From NCBI GenBank assembly GCA_047150005.1, contig AP038806.1, positions 1,856,001 through 1,920,000 of the forward strand: a stretch of 64,000 bases of DNA. The letters are read 5' to 3'. Positions 1 to 10,085 of the stretch are shown one piece after another. Every line of letters begins with the position of its first letter. The stretch's first letter is position 1. Origin of the DNA: Nitrospira sp. (GTDB lineage: Bacteria > Nitrospirota > Nitrospiria > Nitrospirales > Nitrospiraceae). A model generated the notes under the pieces. It saw only the letters and a program-made list of their open reading frames with translations. It was not told the origin of the DNA and did not search any database. The position numbers and the translations under genes were made by a program.

Positions 1-463
1 CATCTCGAATCCTGCCGTCCTGAATCATCGTCATGACCTCCGGTAGAGGCAGCTCCACCACTTCCAACACCTCGTCTTTGTCCAACTGCTGCTGGGTCTT
101 GATCAAACCGGTGGCTTTGTAGATGTGGATGACTTCGTCCGTGAAGCCTGGCGCGGTGAGGATGCTTGAAAGCAAAGTCAAGTGCTCCGCGCGGTACCCT
201 ATTTCTTCCTCCAGCTCACGTGCCGCACAGAGTTTTGGATCTTCACCCGGATAGAGCTTGCCGGCGGGAATCTCGTAAATGAACCCGCCCGCCGCATGGC
301 GAAATTGGCGGACAAGAATGATCGTGCCGTCCTCTTTGATCGGCACCATGGCGGACGCGCCGGGATGTCGAACGATCTCCAAGTCCACGGTGGTATCGTT
401 CGGCAGGCGCACCGTGTCGATGTTCACCGTGATGACCCGCCCTTTATAGATGGACTTGATCAT
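1..463 (-). CDS. NUDIX hydrolase (ADP-ribose pyrophosphatase-like), 3' end runs off window
   Basis: Manual translation from ATG 463: MIKSIYKGRVITVNIDTVRLP...RQFRH...EIPAGKLYPGEDPKLCAARELEEEIGY (Nudix box GX5EX7REUXEEXGU). Not in the ORF track because it is truncated. Confidence 0.9.
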   Translation of the reverse strand, partial: MIKSIYKGRVITVNIDTVRLPNDTTVDLEIVRHPGASAMVPIKEDGTIILVRQFRHAAGGFIYEIPAGKLYPGEDPKLCAARELEEEIGYRAEHLTLLSSILTAPGFTDEVIHIYKATGLIKTQQQLDKDEVLEVVELPLPEVMTMIQDGRIRD

Positions 464-466
464 CAA

Positions 467-1576
467 TCATCCCTGCGAGGTGGCTCGTTTGTAGAACGGC
501 GCTTTCACGATGGTAGCCGGCAACACCTTGCCGCGAATGTCGATGGCGATGCCGGTACCGAGAGTCGAATGGGAAACAGGTACATAGCCGAGCCCGATCC
601 CCTTCTGCAGGAGAGGTGACAGGTTGCCGCTGGTGACCTCCCCGATGGTTCGCGACGAAGCCGGGTCGAGGATGGGAAATCCGTGCCTGGGCACCCCCTT
701 TTCGCTGAGCTCGAACGCGACGAACTGCCGTCGCACTCCGGAATGCTTTTGGGCGAGCAGTGCGTCCCGTCCGACGAACGCGCCTTTCTGAAAACTGACG
801 GTCCATTCGGCGCCGGCTTCGAGCGGAGATGTCTGTTCATTGATGTCGTTGCCGTAGAGGAGATAGCCCATCTCCAGCCGCAGCAAGTCTCTGGCTCCAA
901 GACCCGCCGGTTTGATTCCCTGATCCTTGCCCGCCTCCAACAGGCTGTGCCAGAGCTCCGTCGCTCGCTCTGACGGCATATTCAGCTCGAATCCCAATTC
1001 TCCGGTATACCCGGTTCTTGCGACGAAACAGGGGACCCCTGCAATCCGGTCTTCATAGGAGCGATGGAGCTTGAGAGAGCCGATGTCTTTTGTGCACAGA
1101 CGAGCGAGCACCGTGCGTGACAAGGGCCCTTGGACGGCGATCTGCGCGACGGTGGACGAACGGTCTTCGATGGCGCACTGATCCGTGGCGCGATGTTGCT
1201 GCTTGGTCCACTCGACAATCTTCTCCCGATTCGAGGCGTTGACGCAGAGCAGGAAATCGGTCTCACCGGTCCGATACACAAAGACGTCGTCGAGGATGCC
1301 ACCGTCCTCACGGCACATCATCGAGTAGTGAGCCTGCCCCACCGCGAGTCTTGTCACATCGTTGGTGGTCAAGCGTTGCAAGAACGGGCCGCTGCCGCTT
1401 CCGGAGAGATGCAGGCGTCCCATATGGCTGACGTCGAAGAGCCCGGCTTTGGCCCGTACGGTCTGATACTCCTCGACGACGCTGCCGTACTGGATCGGCA
1501 TGTCCCACCCGGCGAAATCGACGAGCTTGGCGCCGGCTGCGCGATGCGTCTCGTATAGAGGGGTACGGTTCATCAT
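467..1576 (-). CDS. gcvT: Glycine cleavage system aminomethyltransferase T
   Basis: RTPLYETH, FAGWDMP, LFDVSHMG, RTGYTGE, GLGARDLLRLE motifs. Confidence 0.95.
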   Translation of the reverse strand: MMNRTPLYETHRAAGAKLVDFAGWDMPIQYGSVVEEYQTVRAKAGLFDVSHMGRLHLSGSGSGPFLQRLTTNDVTRLAVGQAHYSMMCREDGGILDDVFVYRTGETDFLLCVNASNREKIVEWTKQQHRATDQCAIEDRSSTVAQIAVQGPLSRTVLARLCTKDIGSLKLHRSYEDRIAGVPCFVARTGYTGELGFELNMPSERATELWHSLLEAGKDQGIKPAGLGARDLLRLEMGYLLYGNDINEQTSPLEAGAEWTVSFQKGAFVGRDALLAQKHSGVRRQFVAFELSEKGVPRHGFPILDPASSRTIGEVTSGNLSPLLQKGIGLGYVPVSHSTLGTGIAIDIRGKVLPATIVKAPFYKRATSQG

Positions 1577-1624
1577 GGTGAAACGGGGGATCAGCGCCCG
1601 CGCGTGAGATCGTCCCGGGTATGG

Positions 1625-1990
1625 TCAGTTCAATCCCAGCAATTCGACCTCGAATATCAGCGTCGCGTGCGGCGGGATGACGCCGCCTGCACCTCTGGCG
1701 CCGTAGCCAAGGTTGGACGGGATCGTCAACCGACGCTTGCCGCCGATTTTCATTCCCTGCACCCCTTCGTCCCATCCCTTGATGACACGCCCGGCTCCGA
1801 GGGGAAAGGAAAACGGCTGCCCTCTGTCGACGGAACTGTCGAACTTGGTTCCGTTCTGCAACCAGCCGGTGTAATGGACGGTGGCGGTTTGCCCCGCCTT
1901 CGCGGAGGCCCCAGTCCCCGTTACGACATCGACATATTGCAGACCTGAAGAGGTGGTCACTTCGTTGCCGTCGGGGGTCGCATGCTCCAT
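1625..1990 (-). CDS. FKBP-type peptidyl-prolyl cis-trans isomerase
   Basis: VHYTGWL..GTKFDSS, VIKGWDEG, LGYG..G.IPPHATLIFEVELL. Start taken at ATG 1990 after an AAGGAG RBS. Confidence 0.93.
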   Translation of the reverse strand: MEHATPDGNEVTTSSGLQYVDVVTGTGASAKAGQTATVHYTGWLQNGTKFDSSVDRGQPFSFPLGAGRVIKGWDEGVQGMKIGGKRRLTIPSNLGYGARGAGGVIPPHATLIFEVELLGLN

Positions 1991-2042
1991 GGTCGGCTCC
2001 TTTGTGTCGTGAAATGAATGGTGTGGTGGCTCCGGTCGGACG

Positions 2043-3260
2043 TCACGCCCGTTCGGATGACTCTGGCTCCGCGAAGAGGGCCAGACTGGCCGTATAGCCG
2101 TGCAGAAAATTTCGCCCCCCCACTGGGCCGATCTCGCCCTGGGCGAAAAATCCCGCCAAAGGAATTTGGCCCAGGCGTTCCTGCACCACGGTGCTGTCAT
2201 GATTCGGCCGTCCGAAGAGGCCTTCCCCGCGCCCGCAACAGCTGAATAAGAGGCTGCCGAGCGGAGGACGCTGGTGTTTGCGTCGGTCGGCAGCCAGCAG
2301 GAAATGAAGATCGTCGCTTGCGGACTTCCCGTCTCGTATGTGGAACTGCACCGTCTGCCCTTCTTGAACGGTGTCCCCGATGGCGATCGCCCCCGACCGT
2401 TGGTCGGCCCCGACCAGATTACGGACGAGGAAATCGCCCTGTTCGAATCGATCGCGATGTTCGTCGATGACGATGCCGACGTGAAGCGCCTGATGCGCCT
2501 CCCGGCGCTGGGAACCCTCCAACGATTCGAACACGTCTTGAAGGCGTGTGAGGGCGGGCCGGCCGCCGAGTTCATACACCAGATTCTGCTCGGACTTGGT
2601 CACGACGAACCGATCGCCGATCGGTCGGCATCCTTGGGAGATGACCGTTCGGACCGACAGGGGACCGGACAGCTGGACTCCCACGAGCCCGCCGTCGAAC
2701 AGCTCGTCGTTTCTGATCAGGCGGTTCTCGCCCCGTCCATGGCCGCCTCCGACGAGGCCTCCGACCGCCTTACCTCTCGGATACCGGTCGTTCAGCAGGG
2801 CGAGCACGTCATGCAGCGGTGTGGTGAAGGGATCGGCCAACAGAATGAAGGTGGATTCGCCGGCAGTCGGCTCCGGCCATCCCGGCATCTGAATCTGATC
2901 CTGCGCCTGTGAAAACGACAGACGCAACGGTTTGACCGAGACATGGGGCAAGCGCGCGACCCACAGAGTCAACGCCGCCGCCGTCTCCAGTTCTTCCGCG
3001 CCTGCGATGACGCCCTCACCGGAACAGCCGAGACAGGTGTGGACCTGCAATTTCTCGCGAATCATGGAAGCGATCAACTCGGCGTTGGCTGCATGGTGCG
3101 CCGAGAAAAAGACGAACGCCAGATCGACCGGAGCCCGTCCGATTTGGTCCCGGACCGCATCCGCCAGGTCCCGTAACGCCGCTTCGGTATCCGTTTTCCT
3201 GGAGAGGGCGACGGCGAAGCGAAGGGCGGTGGAAGTTCCGGTCTGTGTTGTGTAGCTCAT
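2043..3260 (-). CDS. FIST N/C domain protein
   Basis: LGCSGEGVI, SQGCRPIG, FSCCGRG, GFFAQGEIGP motifs. Confidence 0.88.
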   Translation of the reverse strand: MSYTTQTGTSTALRFAVALSRKTDTEAALRDLADAVRDQIGRAPVDLAFVFFSAHHAANAELIASMIREKLQVHTCLGCSGEGVIAGAEELETAAALTLWVARLPHVSVKPLRLSFSQAQDQIQMPGWPEPTAGESTFILLADPFTTPLHDVLALLNDRYPRGKAVGGLVGGGHGRGENRLIRNDELFDGGLVGVQLSGPLSVRTVISQGCRPIGDRFVVTKSEQNLVYELGGRPALTRLQDVFESLEGSQRREAHQALHVGIVIDEHRDRFEQGDFLVRNLVGADQRSGAIAIGDTVQEGQTVQFHIRDGKSASDDLHFLLAADRRKHQRPPLGSLLFSCCGRGEGLFGRPNHDSTVVQERLGQIPLAGFFAQGEIGPVGGRNFLHGYTASLALFAEPESSERA

Positions 3261-3289
3261 GATCGTGCGCGATCCTCGCGGCTGTGAGG

Positions 3290-3517
3290 CTATACGCCGG
3301 GATTCATGCGCTCGGCGCGGTCCTTGGCCAATTTCTTATAGTACCGCCACATGTAGTGATAGTAATCGTCGAGTTGGGCGAGAAGATAATGCAGTTCAGT
3401 CGGGTCTTCGGTTTCCAGTGCCCGCACCATGCGGGTCTTGAGGAATTCACCAAATGCGCCGGTTTTCTCCACAGCAGTCAGCAAGCGCAACCCGCCGCCG
3501 ATCTGGTAGTCGTTCAT
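3290..3517 (-). CDS. Small hypothetical protein (75 aa)
   Basis: GGGAGG RBS upstream; fills gap in a minus-strand gene run. Confidence 0.7.
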   Translation of the reverse strand: MNDYQIGGGLRLLTAVEKTGAFGEFLKTRMVRALETEDPTELHYLLAQLDDYYHYMWRYYKKLAKDRAERMNPGV

Positions 3518-3598
3518 CCGAACCTCCCAACGTAAGGCGCGGCGTGAGAATAGCGAGGCCGACGAGTAAATTGCAAGTCAGAGCGACCGGTCACGACG

Positions 3599-4822
3599 CT
3601 ACGGCGCGCGTCCTTGCAGCAGCCCGCGCAGCCGGGAGAGCGAAATCGCTTCGATTCGGTGATCGTCACGGCCGACGACCGTGGTCGCGGTCGTCAGCGC
3701 ATTGAGAACCGCTTCTTCCGTGGCCTCAATCGTTGCCGTAATCAGCGGGTTGAGATGCGTATCCGCCAGGTGCGTCAGCTGGTAGGTGCGCTCCTTCGGG
3801 TAATGGGGAATGACGCCGGCGGAGGAGAAGGCCAGCATGAAATCTCCACTGCCGTGCCGGGCCGTCGCCCCGGTACGGGCGAGCCCGAGCGCGGCCCGCT
3901 TGGCCAGACGCGTCAACTGGCGGCTGTCGAGTGGTGCATCGGTCGCGATGACGATGATGATCGAGCCTTCTCCGGCTCCCGCTGTCGCGGCCTCCGCGAG
4001 CGGCATGTGCGGGGCCTCGGACGTCAGTTGGGCGACGTCATAGGATCGACCGACCGGAACTCCGTCGATGATCAGCTCATGCCGCCGCCCGTGGTTGGCA
4101 TTGACCAAGACCCCGACGGTGTAACCGCCCTCTTCCGCCGTCAGCCGGCGTGAAGACGTTCCGATCCCCCCTTTGAATCCATAGGAAATCATGCCGGTTC
4201 CCGCTCCGACGGTTCCTTCCACCACCGAACCGGTCGAGGCGCCGTCCAGCGCCAGGGCCACATCCGCTTCCGAGACATGACGGCCCTGGATGTCGTTCAG
4301 GCGGCCGTCGTCGCATTCCGCCACGACGGGGGTGAGCGTATCGTCCGTAATGCCGATTTCAGGATATTGCCGGATCATCCAACTCATGACGCCGTCGGCG
4401 ACCCTTGGCACGTTCAGCGTATTGGTGAGGGCAATCGGGTATTCCAGAAACCCCGATTCGGCGATCCAGGCCAAGCCGGTCGTCTCCCCGGTGCCGTTCA
4501 GAACGAAGAAGCCCGCCGGTACTTTCCGATGCCAGATGTCTTCACGCGGAACTATGACGGTGACACCGGTGCGCACCGGGCCGACACCCGGCTTCAAAGG
4601 GCCGCTGCCCGTGATCACGGTTCGGTGTCCAACTTTGACGCCGCTCACGTCCGTGATGGCGTTGAACGGACCCGGCTCATAAGAGCCGATCACGATGCCG
4701 ATTTCTCTGGCACGGTGCCGTGGTTCCTGAGATTCCGCCGCAAGGACGGAGCCGCAACCCGCGGCGGCAACAGATAGGGTCAGGCAGACAAGCGCTACGG
4801 TGACGCGAAGTTCTTGGATCAT
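3599..4822 (-). CDS. P1/DmpA family (S58) aminopeptidase with signal peptide
   Basis: NAITDVSGVKVGH, EGTVGAGTGM, KGGIGTSSR, G/SIIIVIATDAPL autocleavage motif, GSGD. Confidence 0.9.
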   Translation of the reverse strand: MIQELRVTVALVCLTLSVAAAGCGSVLAAESQEPRHRAREIGIVIGSYEPGPFNAITDVSGVKVGHRTVITGSGPLKPGVGPVRTGVTVIVPREDIWHRKVPAGFFVLNGTGETTGLAWIAESGFLEYPIALTNTLNVPRVADGVMSWMIRQYPEIGITDDTLTPVVAECDDGRLNDIQGRHVSEADVALALDGASTGSVVEGTVGAGTGMISYGFKGGIGTSSRRLTAEEGGYTVGVLVNANHGRRHELIIDGVPVGRSYDVAQLTSEAPHMPLAEAATAGAGEGSIIIVIATDAPLDSRQLTRLAKRAALGLARTGATARHGSGDFMLAFSSAGVIPHYPKERTYQLTHLADTHLNPLITATIEATEEAVLNALTTATTVVGRDDHRIEAISLSRLRGLLQGRAP

Positions 4823-4878
4823 CGATGGATTCCGTCCGCCGGTTCGCTCGTGCCACGCGATGACGGAAAATGGACGTG

Positions 4879-5700
4879 TCACGAGCCCGTCACTCCGTTG
4901 TGGCGCACAATGAGATCCCAGGCCTCCTGTGCCGTTTCGGCATAATGGAAGAGGTGAAGATCCTCTGGGGCGATCAAGCCGTTATCGACAAGCCATGACC
5001 AGTCGATCAGTCGATCCCAGAAGTTGCGTCCGATGAGAACGATGACCAGGTGCCGGGTCTTCCCGGTTTGGAGCAACGTCAGGGCTTCAAAGAGTTCGTC
5101 GAGCGTGCCGAATCCTCCCGGCAAGGCGACGAGCGCCCTGGCTCGGATGAGGAAATGCATCTTTCGCATCGCAAAGTAGCGAAACTGAAAACTGAGCTCC
5201 GGCGTAATATACGCATTCGGATATTGTTCATGCGGCAGGGTGATGTTCAACCCGATCGATTTGGCCCCGACGTCCGAGGCTCCGCGATTGGCCGCTTCCA
5301 TGATGCCCGGCCCGCCCCCGGTCATGATCACATAGTCACAGCGGCCGTCGACCTGACAAGTCGAAGAGACGAGACGGCCGAATTCGCGCGCGACATCGTA
5401 GTACTTGGAGAGGGCCAACTGCCGCCGCGCGATCTCCAGCCGTCGCTGCCTGGTCCGATCATCCGGAAACCGCGCGGAGTCGTCCTCCGCCGTCCGAAGC
5501 GCGTGGCCGGCGGTGACCGGATCCGACACCCTGGCGCTGCCGAAGACGACGATGGTCGACTGAATGCCCTGCTCACGCTGGATCAATTCGGGTTTCAGCA
5601 ACTCCAGGCCCACGCGCACGGAGCGCAGGTCGTCCCGCTGGAGAAATTCAAGATCGTGATCGGCGGGAATGTAGGAGGAACTCGTCGGAAGGCGGTCCAT
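4879..5700 (-). CDS. LOG family protein (TIGR00730)
   Basis: VFGSAR, TGGGPGIMEAANRGA, PGGFGTLDE. Confidence 0.9.
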   Translation of the reverse strand: MDRLPTSSSYIPADHDLEFLQRDDLRSVRVGLELLKPELIQREQGIQSTIVVFGSARVSDPVTAGHALRTAEDDSARFPDDRTRQRRLEIARRQLALSKYYDVAREFGRLVSSTCQVDGRCDYVIMTGGGPGIMEAANRGASDVGAKSIGLNITLPHEQYPNAYITPELSFQFRYFAMRKMHFLIRARALVALPGGFGTLDELFEALTLLQTGKTRHLVIVLIGRNFWDRLIDWSWLVDNGLIAPEDLHLFHYAETAQEAWDLIVRHNGVTGS

Positions 5701-5760
5701 ACGCGGGGGATTATAGCCGGACCTGCATGGAGCGGCAATGAGAAGGGTGTGAAGGATGCG

Positions 5761-6183
5761 TTAGAAAGGGTACGGCGTAAATTGGGGGCCGGCAAGGTGT
5801 CGCAGGAAACTTTGGTGTTGGACGACGAGGTTGGAGTCGCAGAGGACCTGGAAGGCATCCACTCCCAGCCCGAGGCGGGAAAAAATCAGGTCCGGATCGA
5901 CCGGTGACCAGAGCTTGGCCAACCACCCGAAATTGACCCGTGAGTATCGCACGTCCAGAAAACGATAGGTCACGACGATGCCGTTGTCGGAGTCCGTCAT
6001 GGAATCCGGGGCCCCGAGTTTGGCGATCACATCGGATAGGCTGGTGCGACCCGGCTCGATGAACGTCACGTCGTTCAGCGTGATCGGTGTATTCAACGTG
6101 ACGCGGACCACGTTGCAGGCTGTCATGGCGAGCGCCAGCGCAATGATCGGCAGCACGAGGAGTTGACTCGGACGTCGCGGCAT
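5761..6183 (-). CDS. Putative lipoprotein, SmpA/OmlA-like
   Basis: Lipobox MTAC; G.T...VIAKLGAPD motif. Confidence 0.6.
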   Translation of the reverse strand: MPRRPSQLLVLPIIALALAMTACNVVRVTLNTPITLNDVTFIEPGRTSLSDVIAKLGAPDSMTDSDNGIVVTYRFLDVRYSRVNFGWLAKLWSPVDPDLIFSRLGLGVDAFQVLCDSNLVVQHQSFLRHLAGPQFTPYPF

Positions 6184-6190
6184 CGTTCGC

Positions 6191-6571
6191 CTAGTCGCCG
6201 AAGGGCCAGAAACGGAATTCCAACGCTTCCGTTCGTCGGGACGAGATCACGTCCTCGACGAGACCCTCGCGGTTGAGCAGGATGAACAAATCGTCGCTTT
6301 TGACGGAGAGGCGGGAAAAATTCAGGATGATGAGGAGCAAGCTGCCGGCTTTCGCATCATAGCGGTAGTACTGGAACACGTCGCGGCCGTTGACCTGGAG
6401 AATGCGATCCGGTGCGCCCAGCAGAGCGACGACTTCCGTTTTTGTGGTGGTGGATTTTTTGATGCTGTTGACGACATCGGGTTTGATGTCATCGCCCAAC
6501 GTCCCGCGGTTGAAGGCGCAGGCGCTCGCGACGAGGAGCAGGAGCACACCGAGGTTCCGCAACACGTTCAT
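6191..6571 (-). CDS. Putative lipoprotein, SmpA/OmlA (BamE)-like
   Basis: Lipobox ASAC; TTKTEVVALLGAPD; AAGGAGG RBS. Confidence 0.65.
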   Translation of the reverse strand: MNVLRNLGVLLLLVASACAFNRGTLGDDIKPDVVNSIKKSTTTKTEVVALLGAPDRILQVNGRDVFQYYRYDAKAGSLLLIILNFSRLSVKSDDLFILLNREGLVEDVISSRRTEALEFRFWPFGD

Positions 6572-6603
6572 ACCACCTCCTTCTGAACGGGCCGTCTCCA
6601 TCC

Positions 6604-7119
6604 TTACCGGGGATGGAGATCCCTGTGCTTCGGCAATGTAAAGTCCGTTTCGTAGACCTCGTACCCGGACGAGGCCAAACCCACGCGGTCATACACGTGC
6701 TTGGCGACGTGATTGGCCTTTTCGACGTACAGGCGAATGCCGCACACGGCGGGATCAGACGCGGCTTCCTGCACGACGGTGTCGTGCAGCTGCCTGAAGA
6801 CGCCTTGACGTCTCCAGGCTGGATCCACATAGACACTCTGAATCCACCAGAACACTCCGTTGCGCCAGTCGCTCCATTCGAAGGTGATCATCAATTGACC
6901 GACTAAGCGTCGGTCGGGATGGGAGATTTCGGCGACCATGAAGAATCCGTGGGTCGGTGAGTCAAGCAACGCCAGCGTGCCGTGACGGAGACGGGCCGGA
7001 TCCAGCTCGCGACCCTCGGTTTCGAGCGCCAGGGCGGCGCTGAATCCGATGATGGACGGGACATCGGATTCACGCGCTCGCCTGATGATCAATCGGTCCG
7101 ATGCGTGGCTGGACGTCAT
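6604..7119 (-). CDS. GNAT family N-acetyltransferase
   Basis: IRRARESD, QSVYVDPAWRRQGV, RLYVEKAN; ATGA overlap with upstream gene. Confidence 0.88.
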   Translation of the reverse strand: MTSSHASDRLIIRRARESDVPSIIGFSAALALETEGRELDPARLRHGTLALLDSPTHGFFMVAEISHPDRRLVGQLMITFEWSDWRNGVFWWIQSVYVDPAWRRQGVFRQLHDTVVQEAASDPAVCGIRLYVEKANHVAKHVYDRVGLASSGYEVYETDFTLPKHRDLHPR

Positions 7120-7730
7120 GTCGAGGATCTCGGGACGCTCAACCAGCCGGCCGTCGGCTTGTAACAGCCCGCGGAGAACTCCATCTTCATGGCTTCTTCC
7201 GGCAAGAGATTGAGGTGACGCAGCTTGTACTCCGGGATAAAGGCCAGGTAACCGGTGAAGGGATGAATGGCAGTCGGAACGAAGACCATCGTCAGGGTGA
7301 CCGCGGGATCCACCTGAACCGCAGCCGGTGCCACCCCCATCACGAATCCCAGCGCCCACAAGCCGTCGCGGGGAAACGGGAAGGCCACTACCGTACTGCG
7401 ACCGAATCGGGAGCGGAACTGAAAGAGATCCGTCATGCCCTTGAGCGTCAGGTAGATGCTGCGGATGAGCGGCAGGCTTTCAATCCACCGTTCTGCTTTG
7501 GTCAAGACCCGTCGCCCCAACATCCGTGTCGCCAGGGCGCCGGTCAAGAGCACCAGGAGAAAGAACAGGACCAGGCCCATCAGCGGTGTTTCGGAAAGGC
7601 GGAAATGTTGCATGAGCTCCCCGATCATCTGGTTGACGGTCGAGATAAGCGCAGAGAGGATCAAAAACGTGATCCAAGCCGGCACCAGGATCAGCAACCC
7701 GGCGAGGGAATACCGCCACCAGACGTTCAT
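7116..7730 (-). CDS. DUF502 family membrane protein
   Basis: LAGLLILVP, LPLIRSIY, FPRDGLWALGFV, VFVPTA.HPFTGY. Confidence 0.85.
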   Translation of the reverse strand: MNVWWRYSLAGLLILVPAWITFLILSALISTVNQMIGELMQHFRLSETPLMGLVLFFLLVLLTGALATRMLGRRVLTKAERWIESLPLIRSIYLTLKGMTDLFQFRSRFGRSTVVAFPFPRDGLWALGFVMGVAPAAVQVDPAVTLTMVFVPTAIHPFTGYLAFIPEYKLRHLNLLPEEAMKMEFSAGCYKPTAGWLSVPRSST

Positions 7731-7865
7731 GAAGCCTCCGTGTTGGTCGTAGTGTAACAGAAACGTGTATGGAATGGAGCGACGTATGAGACTTGCACTC
7801 AAGGGGAACAGTACCCTATTCTATCGACCGATTGATCGTTACCTCGCCCTTTGCAGGAGTGACGT

Positions 7866-8156
7866 ATGACGGACGATGGAGGGAGTCGGCGCTCCGCGCA
7901 TCTCGATAAAGCGCTATTGTCGATCCTCTGCTGTCCGGAAACCAAGCTCGATGTGAGTTTGGCCGACCAAGTCTTGATCGACAGGATCAACGAGGCGGTG
8001 GGTCGGGGAACCGTGAAGAACAAGGGGAAGAAACCTGTGACGGAGCTGCTGGATGGAGGGCTGGTCCGTGCAGACAGAAAGATTCTCTATCCGATTCGCG
8101 AAGACATCCCCGTCATGCTGATCGAAGAAGCCATCCCGCTCGACGAATTCGCCTAG
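7866..8156 (+). CDS. Trm112 family protein
   Basis: LLSILCCPETK...YPIREDIPVMLIEEA. Confidence 0.8.
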   Translation: MTDDGGSRRSAHLDKALLSILCCPETKLDVSLADQVLIDRINEAVGRGTVKNKGKKPVTELLDGGLVRADRKILYPIREDIPVMLIEEAIPLDEFA

Positions 8157-8207
8157 ATCCGGGTCTTCTCCGCCACGGCGAACTGTGCGGCCTTTGCACG
8201 ACCTGCC

Positions 8208-8474
8208 TTACGATGCAGTCTTCGATCCGGTGGACGTTCCGCACTGCTGGCACAAATACTCGTAAAGATCCCCCGTCGGCAACACCAGGAGCAGTCGCTC
8301 GCGTGTCGGTGTGGCCACACGGCAACGGGGACAGTACAGCAGCGACGCATTCAGGGATCGGAACTGCTCGGGTCGCTCGGCCGCCTCGGGTCGTAGCGCT
8401 TGATCCGGCCGAAGCGACCTTCCGGGGATGACTGGACGGCCGGGGCGTCGGGGTGGAAGAGACATGGACGGCAT
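8208..8474 (-). CDS. Small zinc-ribbon protein (start uncertain)
   Basis: CPRC ... CQQCG pair of CxxC motifs. Confidence 0.6.
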   Translation of the reverse strand: MPSMSLPPRRPGRPVIPGRSLRPDQALRPEAAERPEQFRSLNASLLYCPRCRVATPTRERLLLVLPTGDLYEYLCQQCGTSTGSKTAS

Positions 8475-8525
8475 TGTAAAGCGGCCGTCACGAGCCGGTC
8501 AACTTCAGGGCTCTGGTGACGGCCG

Positions 8526-8759
8526 TCACCATGAGAAAGGATCGGGCCGTTCCTTGGATCGAGCTTGGGAATCCCGACGAGCCATCTTCCAGATAAGCCG
8601 CCCGCACTGGACGACCGCATAGACCAAGAGCCCGCTGAGCAGACCGTAGAACCCAGCCGTACTCCAGGGCCAGAGGTCAGGAGCATGCAGCATCACGCCG
8701 AGCGCGATATGGCCGCCCACTCCGAGACAGAGAGCGAAGATGATCCACTCGCGCAACAT
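8526..8759 (-). CDS. Small membrane protein
   Basis: Two hydrophobic segments; co-oriented with neighbours. Confidence 0.55.
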   Translation of the reverse strand: MLREWIIFALCLGVGGHIALGVMLHAPDLWPWSTAGFYGLLSGLLVYAVVQCGRLIWKMARRDSQARSKERPDPFSW

Positions 8760-8809
8760 GGCGTTTCCGGCCCGCCGGGTGCTCTGATAAAGCAAGACTG
8801 ACGCGAGGA

Positions 8810-9181
8810 TTATGCCGCTGGGGTCTTGGCTGATTCGATCTCTGTGGCCGTGATCAGGCTGGAGAGGTAATCGGCAACAAAATTCAGGGCTTCCTCTCGA
8901 CCATCCGCCCGGCGCCCTTTCTCGCGACGCTGGACCGACAATTCGTGATCAAGATCTGACTTCACCTCGGTAAGCACCCGCTGCAAAGACGAAGGAGTCA
9001 GGTTGGCGTCCATGTCCTCCAACTCTTGGCATCGATCCAGCACCCAATTGAGCCCCTCAATCCGCCCGGCGTAATGCTCCTGTTCGGCCGTATCGATTCG
9101 GGCCATGGTAGTGGCGAAGGTCTGGGCTTCGTACACAAGATTGTAGAAGCTCGTAACGGCCCGCTGTAACGTCGGATTCAT
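8810..9181 (-). CDS. Hypothetical protein
   Basis: AAAGGAG RBS; helical protein with internal repeat (GRIEGL / GREEAL). Confidence 0.7.
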   Translation of the reverse strand: MNPTLQRAVTSFYNLVYEAQTFATTMARIDTAEQEHYAGRIEGLNWVLDRCQELEDMDANLTPSSLQRVLTEVKSDLDHELSVQRREKGRRADGREEALNFVADYLSSLITATEIESAKTPAA

Positions 9182-9272
9182 AGCGCTCCTTTAGAAGTTC
9201 AAACGCAACGAGTTAACCACCCAATTATACACGAGAATCCGACGGCAACAAGGGAAATTTTTAGGGATCTGT

Positions 9273-9602
9273 TTATGTGAACAGCAGCGAATGGAATTCG
9301 TTCATGAAGCCGTAATAGAGAGGGGCGAAATCCTTGAGGCTGTCGGGGCTGGTTTCTTTGAGCCGCTTAAAGAAAAACACTTGCGCTCTGGGATCGAGTT
9401 GCTCGAGGAGATGACTGAGTTGCGCCATCGTGTAGCTGCCGGCCGGGACACTGAGAACGTAGTGGACGAGCCGTTCGACGAACTGTTGAGCCAGATACTC
9501 CGTTGGAAGGTATCCATCCGGCAGCTTGCCTGCCGCCAAGAATTCATCGAAAGGGATGGCCTGAGCGGCAAATGGAATCGACTGCTCCTGACGGAAGGTC
9601 AC
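9273..9602 (-). CDS. Hypothetical protein
   Basis: 109-aa ORF with plausible protein composition, GTG start. Confidence 0.65.
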   Translation of the reverse strand: MTFRQEQSIPFAAQAIPFDEFLAAGKLPDGYLPTEYLAQQFVERLVHYVLSVPAGSYTMAQLSHLLEQLDPRAQVFFFKRLKETSPDSLKDFAPLYYGFMNEFHSLLFT

Positions 9603-9840
9603 GCTTTCGGCCCTCAGGGATCAACGTGCGCCTGCAATGGCTTGAATCAACTCTACTGGACCCCTGGAGGACGGTCAAGTGCACAGAAGCAGCAGAGGTG
9701 TCTGAGCCGAAAGACCGGTGTGCCGAGGCATCCAGGCCCGGTCGCCCGAACGCTCCGCCGCTCCGGTCATTCTCAGGCTGCTTTCGTGGCGCTGACCCCT
9801 TGGCTGAGCTCGTTGTCATACCGGGCGTGTTCCGCCTTGC

Positions 9841-9869
9841 TTGACAGCCTATGCCGCGCTCAGTAGAAT
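9841..9869 (+). promoter_or_regulatory. sigma70 promoter of tRNA-Gly
   Basis: TTGACA (9841-46), 17 bp, TAGAAT (9864-69). Confidence 0.8.
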
Positions 9870-9898
9870 CCGATCCTCCTCAACAACTCTGGTTTTGA

Positions 9899-9973
9899 GC
9901 GGGAATAGCTCAGTGGTAGAGCATCGCCTTGCCAAGGCGAGGGTCGAGGGTTCAAATCCCTTTTCCCGCTCCA
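9899..9973 (+). tRNA. tRNA-Gly(GCC)
   Basis: GCGGGAA acceptor stem pairing with TTCCCGC, D loop AGTGGTA, anticodon loop TTGCCAA, TTCAAAT T loop, encoded CCA. Confidence 0.97.
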
Positions 9974-10085
9974 ATTCTTCCTTCCGAATGTCCTCGATCC
10001 ATAGATAGGAGCTCGACCGTCGCCCGAGACGTCATTCCTGCTTTGTCTCCCCTCATTGTCTCTATCATGTCTGCCTGATAGCTAG

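Noticed and set aside
1991..2575. N-terminal extension of the FKBP ORF (316 aa in track)
   Set aside because: Overlaps the FIST gene in another frame; an RBS supports the start at 1990.
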